Positions 46,875 through 56,312 of a stretch of DNA of 64,000 nt are shown here, piece by piece (the stretch's first letter is position 1; each line of letters begins with the position of its first letter). A program made the position numbers and the translations under genes. The stretch is from contig CAZDFQ010000004.1 in the NCBI GenBank assembly GCA_964505005.1, positions 5,172 through 69,171 of the forward strand, written 5' to 3'. The notes beneath the pieces were generated by a model that saw only the letters and a program-made list of their open reading frames with translations, was not told the DNA's origin and did no database searches. This DNA comes from an uncultured Candidatus Saccharibacteria bacterium. GTDB lineage: Bacteria; Patescibacteriota; Minisyncoccia; UBA6257; 2-01-FULL-56-20.

Positions 46875-47477
46875 ATGTCCAAAAAGAATAACCAGCACAA
46901 TCACCAGCCGGAAATCTACCAGCTGAAGTATAAGATTTGCATTTCTGGTGCTGCTGATACCACCCACTGTGGTCCGGATATTATGAAGCGGGTGGAAGAA
47001 TTGGGACGTTTGGTTGCTCAACATAATTTCGTTTTAGTAACCGGCGCCACCACCGGCGCGCCGTTCTGGGCGGCCAAAGGCGCCAAAGAAGCCGGCGGGT
47101 TTGTCATCGGCGTCTCCCCGGCCTATTCCAAGCTCCAGCATGTCAAAACCTATCATCTGCCGCTCGATTACCACGATTTGATAATTTACACGGGCTTCGG
47201 CTATTCGGGCCGCAATCTTCTTCTGACGCGCGCCTCTGACGCTGTTATAACGGTCTGCGGCCGAATCGGCACCCTGAACGAGTTCACCGATGCTTTTGAA
47301 GATGAAAAACCCCAAGGCGTTTTGACCGGCAGCGGCGGCACCACCGATATGCTCGAGGAGATTCTTGAGCGGGCGCACCGCGGCCGCGGCAAAGTGGTTT
47401 TCGAAAGCGACCCTTCGAAGCTTCTCGACAGAGTCGTCGAGCTGATTATGGCCGAGGAAAAAGAGCTTAATAACTAA
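46875..47477 (+). CDS. TIGR00725/LOG-like Rossmann-fold protein
   Basis: 'KICISGAADTTHC...VLVTGATTG...VICGRIGTLNEF' resembles the SLOG/LOG family. Confidence 0.5.
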   Translation: MSKKNNQHNHQPEIYQLKYKICISGAADTTHCGPDIMKRVEELGRLVAQHNFVLVTGATTGAPFWAAKGAKEAGGFVIGVSPAYSKLQHVKTYHLPLDYHDLIIYTGFGYSGRNLLLTRASDAVITVCGRIGTLNEFTDAFEDEKPQGVLTGSGGTTDMLEEILERAHRGRGKVVFESDPSKLLDRVVELIMAEEKELNN

Positions 47478-47593
47478 TAATTCATTCGGATGGGCGCATT
47501 TGCCCGCCTGCCAGCGCCTTCGGCGCAAGCCGGTGGCGGGCAGGTAGCGCGCTATTCGGATGCCAAAGGTCGGGACCGGAAACCATATTATTT

Positions 47594-47860
47594 ATGCCTA
47601 ATAGTCAAAAACCAAAACCCATCGGCGCGGTTACTCATTATTACGGGAAAATCGGGGTGGCCATCGTGAAGTTCAATCAGGAATTCAAGCGCGGGGGCCG
47701 GGTACGTTTCCTCGGCGCCACCACCGACTTCGAAGAAGCCGTTGATTCGATGGAGTACGACCACCAGCCGATTGAAACAGCCAAAAAAGGGCAAGAGGTC
47801 GGCATCAAGGTGAACCAGAAAGTCAGAGAGGGGGACGAGGTGCACGAAGCATCCACCTAA
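47594..47860 (+). CDS. Hypothetical small protein (88 aa)
   Basis: ORF only; no strong signals. Confidence 0.3.
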   Translation: MPNSQKPKPIGAVTHYYGKIGVAIVKFNQEFKRGGRVRFLGATTDFEEAVDSMEYDHQPIETAKKGQEVGIKVNQKVREGDEVHEAST

Positions 47861-48091
47861 CTCATTTTTCAAACCCGCTTCAAACCCTTGAAAGTTACAG
47901 TCGTTTTGCTTCGGGAAAATTGCGCGGTTCCCGTCGCGTCCGCTCCGACCGCTATTTTCCCTTGCAAAAATCCTTAATTTTTGGTCTTTCCGCTAAGGTT
48001 TTTCAAAATGAGTTAGGCGGAGCAACGAAATTCGGCGCGACGGTTTCCTCGTGGCAAACTTACGCCCGCAAGATGAGACGCTTTTATTTTT

Positions 48092-49285
48092 ATGAAGGAG
48101 GATTGGAAATTTTTTTGGGGTAGCGCTGGTTTATTGGCGGCCACGACCATCGGCGCCGGAATCTTTTCCCTGCCTTATGTTTTTAACAAAGCCGGCTGGC
48201 TGACCGGCGTTTTTTATTTGGCGGTTTTAAGTGGAATTCTGATTTATGTTCATTATCTATACTGGCGAGCCTTGACTGAATTGAAAGAGAAAAATCGCTT
48301 GCTTGGTTTGATAAAAAATTATTTAGGAGAAAAATTTTTTTATTTCGGCTTGGCAACGGTTGTCGGAGGCCTAACTTTGACATTGGTCGTTTATCTTGTT
48401 TTGAGCAGTCAGTTTTTGAAACTGATTTTCCCGACGATTTCTTTGAAAGAAGGAATTCTGGTTTTTTGGCTGTTGGCGTCCTTGCCGCTTGCCTGGCGAT
48501 TGCCTTGGCTGGTGTTTTTTGAATTTAGCGGCACTCTTTTAATGGCCGGAATCATTGTTTTGGTCCTGATAAATGGCTGGGGGAAGGGGATTGGGTCAGC
48601 TGGCGTTCCAGCTTTTAATTTCGATAATATTTTTCTGCCTTTCGGAGCGGTGCTTTTTTCTTTGGCTGGCTGGACCGCCATCGAGCCGATTTTTGACTGG
48701 AAAAAGAAATTGGAAGATGGCTATCGACCGCCTAATCCGAATATCCAAATGCATCTGAATGTTCCGAATAGATTTAAGAAGGAGGCAGTAGAGTCGAAAA
48801 TCGGTTTATCCGGCTTGGCGGCTGGCACTTTAATTCCGGCTTTTCTTTATCTTGTCTTTGTGCTCGGAATTTTGGGCTCAGCCGGGGAAATAACACCAGA
48901 TACTCTTTCTGGACTGACTAATTGGCAATTTTGGAAATTGGCAAGTTTAGGGTGGTTGGGGCTTTTGGCAATTTTGACTTCTTATGTGCCGATTGCCTTG
49001 GAAATTAAAAACTCTTTGACAAAAGATTTGGGATGGAATGCCGGCTGGAGCACTCTGGCGGTTGTATTTTCACCTCTCGTTTTGGTGGTATTAGGATTGC
49101 GTAGTTTTTTCTCGGTCGTCAGCTTGGCCGGCGGCATTTTCCTCGGACTTCAATATCTCCTTATCATCTTGGTGGCTAAAAAAATTTTGTCGCTGGACCG
49201 CTTTCAAAAAATCTTTCTTAATGTCTTAGCCGCTGTCTTTATTTTAGCCGCTGTTTACGAGGCCTATCATTTTCTGATAAGATAA
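48092..49285 (+). CDS. Amino-acid permease-like polytopic transporter
   Basis: About 11 predicted TM helices; 397 aa. Confidence 0.55.
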   Translation: MKEDWKFFWGSAGLLAATTIGAGIFSLPYVFNKAGWLTGVFYLAVLSGILIYVHYLYWRALTELKEKNRLLGLIKNYLGEKFFYFGLATVVGGLTLTLVVYLVLSSQFLKLIFPTISLKEGILVFWLLASLPLAWRLPWLVFFEFSGTLLMAGIIVLVLINGWGKGIGSAGVPAFNFDNIFLPFGAVLFSLAGWTAIEPIFDWKKKLEDGYRPPNPNIQMHLNVPNRFKKEAVESKIGLSGLAAGTLIPAFLYLVFVLGILGSAGEITPDTLSGLTNWQFWKLASLGWLGLLAILTSYVPIALEIKNSLTKDLGWNAGWSTLAVVFSPLVLVVLGLRSFFSVVSLAGGIFLGLQYLLIILVAKKILSLDRFQKIFLNVLAAVFILAAVYEAYHFLIR

Positions 49286-49293
49286 ATCTTGCC

Positions 49294-49370
49294 GTCCCCG
49301 TGGTGTAACTGGATAAGACGTCGGCCTCCGAAGCCGAAGATTGGCCGTTCAAGTCGGCCCGGGGACACCA
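49294..49370 (+). tRNA. tRNA-Arg (anticodon CCG), CCA encoded
   Basis: Acceptor 'GTCCCCG/CGGGGAC', anticodon arm 'TCGGC-CTCCGAA-GCCGA' (U33, CCG, A37), T-arm 'GGCCG-TTCAAGT-CGGCC', A20 and discriminator A, 3' 'ACCA'. Confidence 0.8.
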
Positions 49371-49412
49371 AAAGTTCACTTCCCGCGACTTGGCCAACTT
49401 TTATTATTTTCT

Positions 49413-49868
49413 ATGGATTGCGTTTTCTGTAAAATTGTAAAAGGAGAAGTACCCGCCCATAAAATCTGGGAAGACGAAAAACATCTTGCGTTTCTCTCTA
49501 TCTTTCCAAACACTGAAGGGGTTTCCGTCGTAATTACAAAGGAACATTTTCCGTCATATGTTTTTGATTTACCGGAAGAAGTTTTAATCGGTTTAGTTAA
49601 GGCCGCGAAACAGACGGCAAAATTGCTTGACGCGAGATTGGAAGATGTCGGCCGCACGGGTATGATTTTTGAGGGGTTTGGCGTTGATCACGCCCATGTA
49701 AAGCTTTTCCCGATGCACGGCACGAAAATGTCAGAATGGAAACCGATTAAATCGAATGTTGATAAATATTTTGAGAAATACGAAGGGTATATTTCTTCTC
49801 ATGATTACAAACGTGCTGATGATGAAAAGTTAGCTGAACTTGCTAAAAAATTACGAAATCAGGAATAA
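49413..49868 (+). CDS. HIT-family nucleotide hydrolase
   Basis: 'FCKIVKGEVPAHKIWEDEKHLAFLSIFP' and the histidine triad 'DHAHVKLFP'. Start trimmed to 49413 so it does not overlap the tRNA. Confidence 0.75.
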   Translation: MDCVFCKIVKGEVPAHKIWEDEKHLAFLSIFPNTEGVSVVITKEHFPSYVFDLPEEVLIGLVKAAKQTAKLLDARLEDVGRTGMIFEGFGVDHAHVKLFPMHGTKMSEWKPIKSNVDKYFEKYEGYISSHDYKRADDEKLAELAKKLRNQE

Positions 49869-49974
49869 ACATAAACAAAAGTAATAGGGACAATATCCTA
49901 TGCTGAATATGGAAGGCCTGACTGTATAACAGCAGTCAGGCCTTGATATATTTTTTACGGCAGGTGTTCAGATG

Positions 49975-50616
49975 TTATTTCTCTCCTACAAACACCCAGT
50001 GTGCAGAGAGGTAGGGAGTTCCCACATCAATCAGGCCGCCGTGCTTCAAGTGGTAAACCTCAATAGCCTTGAAGCATTGCATGAGTGAGCGGGTCTCCTC
50101 TTCGTCCACGAAGTGATGGGGTACGCCAGCTTCAATCCCCTCGTTGGGGACGAAGGTGTGTGGTTCTATCTCTTCGCCTCTCCGGTATTCAGAGCTTTCA
50201 CGGGAGATGAATGTGCACATGACAATTCCTCCCGGGGACAACGTGCGGCGCATCTCCGCGATGCAAGCACAGATGCCGCTCACAGTGTTGTGAGTAATGA
50301 CTCCTCGACAGATGCACGCATCGAAGAAGTCATCCGGATAAGGAATCACTGTCATGTCGCTCATTACGAGTTCGGCTTGAAGACCCTCTTGTTCAAGCCA
50401 ATTTCTCGTAACTTGTTCGCCTCTCTTGGAGATGTCGGTCCCGTACATCATAAATCCCAGTTTTGCGAGGTAGACGATGTGACGTCCAGCCCCGAATCCG
50501 AGATCGAGCACCCGCTTGGCTCCGCGAAATCGGAGAATTGACACGACTTTCACGACTTCTTCTGCGGGATCTTTCAGGCAGAATTTCGCGTCTTTGTAAA
50601 GATCGTCCCAGTTCAT
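49975..50616 (-). CDS. Class I SAM-dependent methyltransferase (first gene, by coordinate, of the GC-rich island)
   Basis: 'VLDLGFGAGRHIVYLAKLG' SAM-binding motif I. Start chosen at 50616 with SD 'gggagg'; the longer ORF would overlap the upstream aaRS gene. Confidence 0.65.
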   Translation of the reverse strand: MNWDDLYKDAKFCLKDPAEEVVKVVSILRFRGAKRVLDLGFGAGRHIVYLAKLGFMMYGTDISKRGEQVTRNWLEQEGLQAELVMSDMTVIPYPDDFFDACICRGVITHNTVSGICACIAEMRRTLSPGGIVMCTFISRESSEYRRGEEIEPHTFVPNEGIEAGVPHHFVDEEETRSLMQCFKAIEVYHLKHGGLIDVGTPYLSAHWVFVGEK

Positions 50617-50698
50617 GTTAGCCGACCTCCCATGAGATGGAGCGGATGACCGGGAAGCACTCCGCCTCCCGGTCATCCTATTATTCCTTACTCGCAAG

Positions 50699-52006
50699 TC
50701 ACGGCGTGAGCCGATTGACTCCTCGATAGAGGTATGTCACCTCGCGCACGGATTTGGCACCCAGCATCACCATGAGCATGCGGGTGAGGCCGAAGCCGTA
50801 GCCGCCGTGAGGCGGGCAGCCGAAACGGAAGCAGTCCAGATAGTACTGGATAGGCTCAAGCGAGAGCCCTTTCTCCCTGGCCTGCGCCACAAGAACGTCG
50901 TAGCGATGTTCACGCTGCGCCCCCGTCGTCACCTCAAGTCCTTTCCAGAGAAGGTCGAAGCTTTTGGTGAGGTGGGGCTTGCCTTCCGGACGCATGTGGT
51001 AGAACGGCCGCACCACCAATGGGTACTCGGTGACGAAGACGAACTCGTGTCCGGTCTTCTCTTGGAAGTGCCGGCACAGAAGCCGCTCGCCTTCGGGGTC
51101 GAGGTCGCCCTTTTCGCCCCGCTCGACGCGATGTTCCATCTGCTCGAGGATTTCGTACGCCTCGGCCATGGTTACCCGCGGGAACGGAAGCTCGGGGACT
51201 ACGATCTCTGTGCCGAACGTTGCCTTGATCTCCCCGCCGTACTCGGCTTTCACCGCTTGAAGTACGTGGCGGAGCCAGCGTTCCTCAAGTTGCATGACGT
51301 CCTCGTGGGAATCAATCCATGAGATTTCAACGTCAACACTGGTGAATTCCGTGTCGTGGCGGGAAGTGAAGGACGGATTGGCCCGGAAGACCGGCCCGAT
51401 CTCGAAGACGCGATCGAAGCCCGCCGCCATCGCCATTTGCTTGTAGAATTGCGGCGATTGGGCAAGGTACGCCTTGCGGTCGAAGTACTTCACTTCGAAA
51501 AGCTCCGCACCCGATTCGCTCGCGCTGCCCATGAACTTCGGAGAATGGATCTCAATAAATTCCTCCGCTGTCCAGAACGAACGCATGGCGTGTTCAGCCG
51601 CCGTCTGGATTTTGAAGATGAGCAGGTTCTGCGGGTTGCGCAGATCCAGAAATCTCCAGTCCAGACGTGTTTCGAGACCGGTGTTTTCGTCGAGAGGCAG
51701 AGGTGTGTCCGCCTTGCTCACGACCGCAACCGACTCAGCGACGATCTCTAGTCCGCCCAGCTTCACCACCGGATTGAGGATAACTCTGCCGGTGATTTCC
51801 ACTGCGCTTTCCGGCGTGAGGCCGGCGATGGCTGCGGTGAGTTCAGCGTTGATCGACTTCTCGTGCACTACCTGCGCGCTGCCGGTGTGGTCACGGACGA
51901 TGAGAAACTGCATCTTCTTTTGGTCGCGCAGCCTCTCAACCCATCCGCAGATCCGAACGGCCTCGCCGTTCTTGGTTCCGAGTTGCTTGATCAGTATTCG
52001 TTGCAT
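50699..52006 (-). CDS. aspS: Aspartyl-tRNA synthetase, archaeal/eukaryotic-type (class IIb, ~435 aa)
   Basis: Co-linear with archaeal AspRS: 'DTPLPLDENTGLETRLDWRFLDLR', 'QSPQFYKQ', 'GPVFRA', 'GGYGFGLTRML', ending '...NRLTP'. The conserved 'FPRD' is replaced by 'YRGV'. Confidence 0.7.
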   Translation of the reverse strand: MQRILIKQLGTKNGEAVRICGWVERLRDQKKMQFLIVRDHTGSAQVVHEKSINAELTAAIAGLTPESAVEITGRVILNPVVKLGGLEIVAESVAVVSKADTPLPLDENTGLETRLDWRFLDLRNPQNLLIFKIQTAAEHAMRSFWTAEEFIEIHSPKFMGSASESGAELFEVKYFDRKAYLAQSPQFYKQMAMAAGFDRVFEIGPVFRANPSFTSRHDTEFTSVDVEISWIDSHEDVMQLEERWLRHVLQAVKAEYGGEIKATFGTEIVVPELPFPRVTMAEAYEILEQMEHRVERGEKGDLDPEGERLLCRHFQEKTGHEFVFVTEYPLVVRPFYHMRPEGKPHLTKSFDLLWKGLEVTTGAQREHRYDVLVAQAREKGLSLEPIQYYLDCFRFGCPPHGGYGFGLTRMLMVMLGAKSVREVTYLYRGVNRLTP

Positions 52007-52064
52007 GACTGTTTTCTCCTTTCAGTGTGCCTTGCCGATATTGGCTTAGCGTATGTGGTGGTGT

Positions 52065-53387
52065 TCATGGATTAATCCTCCTCCCGAACGCTCGGTGGAA
52101 AGGGATCGTGTCCCGCACATGCGGAATCTGCAGGAGCCAACGGATGAACCGTTCCAGCCCCAGACCGAAACCTCCGTGCGGCACACAGCCGTACTGACGA
52201 AGCTCCCGCAACCATTCGTAGCGGGCGTCGCCGGCTTTGCCTTTTTCTGCCAGACGCTCATCGAGCATCGGTAGTGTACTGATTTTCTCGGCAATACCGA
52301 GAAGCTCGCCATAACCCCGGCTTGCGATTAAATCCGCCGTCTTGGTGCGACGTGTATCCGACGGATCAATTACATACGGGAAGGGCTCGATGGAACGCGG
52401 GATGCCGACAACCCAGAATGGGATGTCGCCGAATCGCTGGCTTAGCCTAGCTTCTTCATCAGAACCCAAGCTTTTGCCGAATTCGATGTCAAAGCCCTGC
52501 GCTTTGAGCCACTCCACGGCCTCCGTGTAGTCAATACGCGGAAACGGCGTTTTCAGACCGTCGCCGCACATTTCAGTGCCGATGACGTCAGCGAGCTCGC
52601 GTCCTTCACGGATGCTTTGCTCGTTCACGTCCCGAATGAACCGCTCGACCACGGAGACCATGTCTTCCAGATCCACAAAAGCCAGCTCAGCCTTGATATG
52701 CCAGTACTCCATGAGATGTCTCTTGGAGCGGCTTTCCTCGGCACGAAAACTGGGGCCGATGTTGTAGATCTTTTCGAAAGCGTGCACCGCGGCTTCGAGG
52801 TAGAACCCGACGCACTGCGTGAGATACACGTTTTGGCCGTGAACCTTGAGCGCAATCGGTGTTCGGTCGTCGTAGAGCGGTGTCGGCGTGAGCACGGGAG
52901 CGTGAACCTCGGTGAATCCATTTTCGTGGAACCACTGATGTACGGCTCGTGTGAGGATGTGGCGAAACCTCAGGATGGCGGCAATTTTCTCGTTGCGGAG
53001 ATAAAAGTACCGCTTGTCCAGAAGTTGCTCTTGCATCCTCGGATCCTGAATATCAATGTTCGCCCGCGGGTACGGGGAGACATTGATCTCGCTCGTGCCG
53101 ACGATTTCGATTTCCCGCACACGAAGCTCTCTTGGCGGATTAGGCCGTCCGGTTTCTGCAATGATTCCGGTAGCCTTGACCGCCGTTTCTTGGCTCATGC
53201 GACGTGCGAGTTCGAAAGCGGCTTTGTTGCCATCTTCGATCACGCACTGCACCGTGCCGGTGGAATCAGCGATGTCCAGAAAGACAACGCGGCTGTGGCC
53301 GCGGCGGGTTTTCACCCATCCGTAGAATTCGACCCTGCTACTGTTTGGAATGTGTTTGAGCAAGTCAACTGCATATACCCTTTTCAT
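52065..53387 (-). CDS. asnS: Asparaginyl-tRNA synthetase (class IIb)
   Basis: 'IGPSFRAEESRSKRHLMEYWHIKAELAF' motif 2 and 'RYEWLRELRQYGCVPHGGFGLGLERFIRWLLQIPHVRDTIPFHR' are co-linear with the E. coli AsnS C-terminus. The 'FPR' motif is altered to 'FHR'. Confidence 0.75.
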   Translation of the reverse strand: MKRVYAVDLLKHIPNSSRVEFYGWVKTRRGHSRVVFLDIADSTGTVQCVIEDGNKAAFELARRMSQETAVKATGIIAETGRPNPPRELRVREIEIVGTSEINVSPYPRANIDIQDPRMQEQLLDKRYFYLRNEKIAAILRFRHILTRAVHQWFHENGFTEVHAPVLTPTPLYDDRTPIALKVHGQNVYLTQCVGFYLEAAVHAFEKIYNIGPSFRAEESRSKRHLMEYWHIKAELAFVDLEDMVSVVERFIRDVNEQSIREGRELADVIGTEMCGDGLKTPFPRIDYTEAVEWLKAQGFDIEFGKSLGSDEEARLSQRFGDIPFWVVGIPRSIEPFPYVIDPSDTRRTKTADLIASRGYGELLGIAEKISTLPMLDERLAEKGKAGDARYEWLRELRQYGCVPHGGFGLGLERFIRWLLQIPHVRDTIPFHRAFGRRINP

Positions 53388-53854
53388 TTTTTCTTTCCTC
53401 CTTGTCGTATCCTTTGGAACGCGGCAGAGAATGTTGCGGGTGAGTTCGGTATAACGCCAGTGTAATATTTGTATACGCTATTCCAGTAACGATCTTGTAA
53501 CGCATCGTTTAAATACACACTGTTTTCTCTATTTAGTTGTTAAAGAACTCTCAATAACCTCCCGGAGTAATTCCAGAGAGGAATATAAATTTTGACATTT
53601 ATGGATAGTTTTGTAAAGAAGTAATATAAGGGTAATCTAAGCCAATTGGTACAGCTCTACTATCATGGAAAGTATGTACCAATTCAACCAAATACCATCA
53701 GAAGCAAAGGTCGAGAAATACTTCCGGCGGATTCTGTTCGGGAAGAATATGTTTTGTCCTCTGTTTTAATTCGGAAAATATCACGATAGAATTGACTCTG
53801 TCTGTAATTAGTTTTCATTTCGGCCGAGAAAATATCTCGAAAAGAAAAAGGATT

Positions 53855-53905
53855 TAAATAACAAAACAAAAAGGCGGAGAGGCCTTCTTGGTGTATCTCT
53901 CCGCC
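53855..53905 (-). terminator. Rho-independent terminator of the RiPP-like operon
   Basis: 'ggcggagag-gccttcttggtgtat-ctctccgcc', followed on the minus strand by 'tttttgttttgtt'. Confidence 0.6.
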
Positions 53906-53925
53906 CTTTGCTGGCTGAGGGTATC

Positions 53926-54972
53926 TTACCGTCTTCTGATGCTTAGTTGCCTCATTATTCTCGCTTCGCGACAGGTTCGGGTTGCAGGCGTCCGCATATC
54001 TCCAGCCTCAATATGATTGAGACCTAGACATGGTCGGCAGTATTTCAGCAGCTCGCAACTGCCGCACTTCAGGCCTTGGAGCGTTACCGAGCGCATATCA
54101 AGGAGTTGTGGCGAGTTCTCCCAGATATCCGCAAAAGGACGTTCTGTTACATTCCCGCATCGAAGGGGCATTTGGACGCAGGGGTACACGTCCCCGTACG
54201 GGGAAATGTAGCAGGACATGTGCCCGGCGCCGCAGGGGATAGTGTTGAATGAACCGGTGTATGCTTCCTCGCGTTCCATTTCCGTGCCTGTTTCCTCTTT
54301 ATTGAAATTGAAGAGAGGATCAGAGAGGAGGTGGGGGAGGTACTCGTCATCCACACAGAACTGAAGCGGCCGGTCGCTGCCGTCGCTTTTGGGTGCGAGG
54401 CGATAGTCCGTCTGGAATCGCGCTCCAATTTCTTTCGCGAAGGCGTGGATCTCGCGCCAATCCTCTTTGTTTTGTTCCATGATGACGGAGGATATTTTCA
54501 CTCGCGCTTTGCGCTCTCGGAGCATTTTCGCCGCCCGGATGGATTTCTGGAGCGAACCCAGGCCCCGGGTGATTGCATCGTGAAGTTTGGGATCCAAGCT
54601 GTAGATGCTAATGGCAACAAGCTCCGGATACAAGGCGGCGATGCGGTCTGCGCTTCCTTCGGTGAGCAGCGTGCCGTTGGTCAGGAGTCGGAGAGCGAAG
54701 TTCAGTTCGCGCGCGTACTCCGCTATCTCGAACAAGTCTTTGCGCGCCATAATCTCGCCCCCGCTAAGGGTGAGATAAAGCGTTCCGACTGCGGCTAACT
54801 GCTCTAGTGTTCGCTTTGCTTGAGTAGTAGCGAGCTCCGGTCGGGCCTGCGCCGTAATGTAGCAGTGAACGCAGTCCAAATTGCAACGGTAGGTGAGGTC
54901 GAAGTGGGCTACCAGAGGAATTTTGCTCCTCAGCGCTTTCTCGCGCAGGGTCTCGAAAAGGTTAAGGTTCAT
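53926..54972 (-). CDS. Radical SAM/SPASM-domain peptide-modifying enzyme (PqqE/MftC-like maturase)
   Basis: 'FDLTYRCNLDCVHCY' CX3CX2C cluster and a C-terminal SPASM 'CGAGHMSCYISPYGDVYPC...CGSCELLKYCRPCLG'. Start is an ATGA overlap with the upstream PqqD-like gene. Confidence 0.8.
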   Translation of the reverse strand: MNLNLFETLREKALRSKIPLVAHFDLTYRCNLDCVHCYITAQARPELATTQAKRTLEQLAAVGTLYLTLSGGEIMARKDLFEIAEYARELNFALRLLTNGTLLTEGSADRIAALYPELVAISIYSLDPKLHDAITRGLGSLQKSIRAAKMLRERKARVKISSVIMEQNKEDWREIHAFAKEIGARFQTDYRLAPKSDGSDRPLQFCVDDEYLPHLLSDPLFNFNKEETGTEMEREEAYTGSFNTIPCGAGHMSCYISPYGDVYPCVQMPLRCGNVTERPFADIWENSPQLLDMRSVTLQGLKCGSCELLKYCRPCLGLNHIEAGDMRTPATRTCREARIMRQLSIRRR

Positions 54973-55277
54973 TCCGGAGCTCCTTTCATGAGCAGCAGAT
55001 TCTTCTCTGTCATCTGGTTGATGAACTCGACGCAATCCCTTTCCAGTTCCTCTCGGCCGACATCAAATTCGGCCAGCAGCGCGTCAGTGATTTCCCGCAT
55101 GCTTTTCGTGCCATCAATCATCTCCCAGATGCGGGTGGCAACCGGGTTCAGGAGATGGAAAGCGGCCTCCCGCAAATCCACCGCCACTGCTTGACCGGCG
55201 ATTACCCGCCAAGCGATAATTTCTCTATTCTTCGTCGGAATGCCATCCGAGACGTCTACTGCTCGTTCGTCCCTCAT
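54969..55277 (-). CDS. PqqD-family RiPP recognition element (RRE) protein
   Basis: 'AFHLLNPVATRIWEMIDGTKSMREITDALLAEFDVGREELERDCVEFINQMTEKNLL' matches the PqqD family. SD 'ggagacagcataATG'. Confidence 0.75.
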   Translation of the reverse strand: MRDERAVDVSDGIPTKNREIIAWRVIAGQAVAVDLREAAFHLLNPVATRIWEMIDGTKSMREITDALLAEFDVGREELERDCVEFINQMTEKNLLLMKGAPE

Positions 55278-55362
55278 TATGCTGTCTCCTCTGCTGGTTG
55301 TTTTAGGTTTTTTCAGGTTTCTATGTCTAATCTATCAAAATTAAACCTCGACATCAATTTAT

Positions 55363-56217
55363 TTATTTCTTCCCACTTACGGCGTAGGAAGTATAAATGT
55401 CTCCGAAGCGCGGGAGGAAGTTCTTCCGACTTAATTCCGGGCTACTGAAAAATGTTTGATAATTGATATTGCGGAATTTAAGCCGCCTAAGATAGCCGAC
55501 TATTATATTACTAGCAGCAAATTCAATCTTATATTTCTGGGCTAATTTTAGGCTAGTGGAATTTTTTTCATAGACCAGGCCGCTCAAAACCAATCGGCCG
55601 CTTCTTTTTAAAACTCTTTGAGATTCTTTAACCCCCGCGTGGATATTCGGTTCGTCAAGGCCATGCCAAGAACTTACGCTGTCAATTGATTGGTCGGCAA
55701 ACGGCATGCATCTAGCATCAGCGCAGATAATGCTGACTTTAGAATATTTACCGAGCCGCTGTAATAAGATTTTAAGCCCGACGGCGCTGGCATAATCAAT
55801 TTCCAAAGCAATGACTTTACCACGACTTTTGTCGAGTATGTTTCTCAAAAATCTGCCGGTTCCGCTGGCCCAATCCAGATGAATCCCGCTTTCTGAAAGA
55901 ATAAGCTGGCGGGTCATCCACTTTATTTCCTTCTTTAGATAAGCAAGCTCTCGCGGGTTGAAGTTTTTAAGCCATTTGTTTTTTAATTCCTGTTTTGTGA
56001 TAAAGTTTAAAATTTTGCGGAGGCGCGCCTTATTCTTGTCTTTACAACTGAGGGAACGAAAGCAAGCAATGTCATCGATAACCGCGAATTTAGCGGCACA
56101 ACCTTGGCAAATCAGGATGCCTTGTTTAATTCTTGTCTCCGAAGATTCGTCTTCTTCCAAATGCAACGGCGATTTACACTTAGGACATGTGAGAATGGAA
56201 AGCAGGTCGCGGTTCAT
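55363..56217 (-). CDS. Methyltransferase with N-terminal Trm112-like zinc ribbon fused to a class I SAM MTase domain
   Basis: 'LSILTCPKCKSPLHL...LICQGCAAKFAV' zinc ribbon, then 'LDWASGTGRF' SAM motif I. Confidence 0.7.
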   Translation of the reverse strand: MNRDLLSILTCPKCKSPLHLEEDESSETRIKQGILICQGCAAKFAVIDDIACFRSLSCKDKNKARLRKILNFITKQELKNKWLKNFNPRELAYLKKEIKWMTRQLILSESGIHLDWASGTGRFLRNILDKSRGKVIALEIDYASAVGLKILLQRLGKYSKVSIICADARCMPFADQSIDSVSSWHGLDEPNIHAGVKESQRVLKRSGRLVLSGLVYEKNSTSLKLAQKYKIEFAASNIIVGYLRRLKFRNINYQTFFSSPELSRKNFLPRFGDIYTSYAVSGKK

Positions 56218-56243
56218 AATCGAAAAATTTATAGGTATGATTG

Positions 56244-56289
56244 TTATGCCGTACTAAAATAGAGAGAACGCCCAGAGCACCGACGACTC
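56244..56289 (-). terminator. Intra-operon attenuator/leaky-terminator hairpin between the candidate precursor and the modification genes
   Basis: Minus-strand 'agaacgctcagagtcgtcggtgctctgggcgttct' followed by 'ctctatttt'. Confidence 0.4.
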
Positions 56290-56312
56290 TGAGCGTTCTT
56301 TGCGCGACAACC

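Noticed and set aside
47495-47545. Hairpin 'tgcccgcc...ggcgggca' after the LOG-like gene as a canonical terminator
   Set aside because: The stem is good but no T-run follows, and it is embedded in a family B repeat. It is more likely part of the repeat element than a rho-independent terminator.
49341-49412. ORF-track start at 49341 for the HIT gene
   Set aside because: It would overlap the tRNA-Arg gene at 49294-49370. The conserved HIT N-terminus begins at the ATG at 49413.
53926-55277. Interpreting the rSAM/PqqD pair as PQQ (pqqDE) or mycofactocin (mftBC) biosynthesis
   Set aside because: No pqqB/pqqC or mftD/E/F genes are present, and the adjacent small peptide lacks the PqqA E-X3-Y and MftA C-terminal GVY signatures. 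An uncharacterised RiPP system is the more economical reading.
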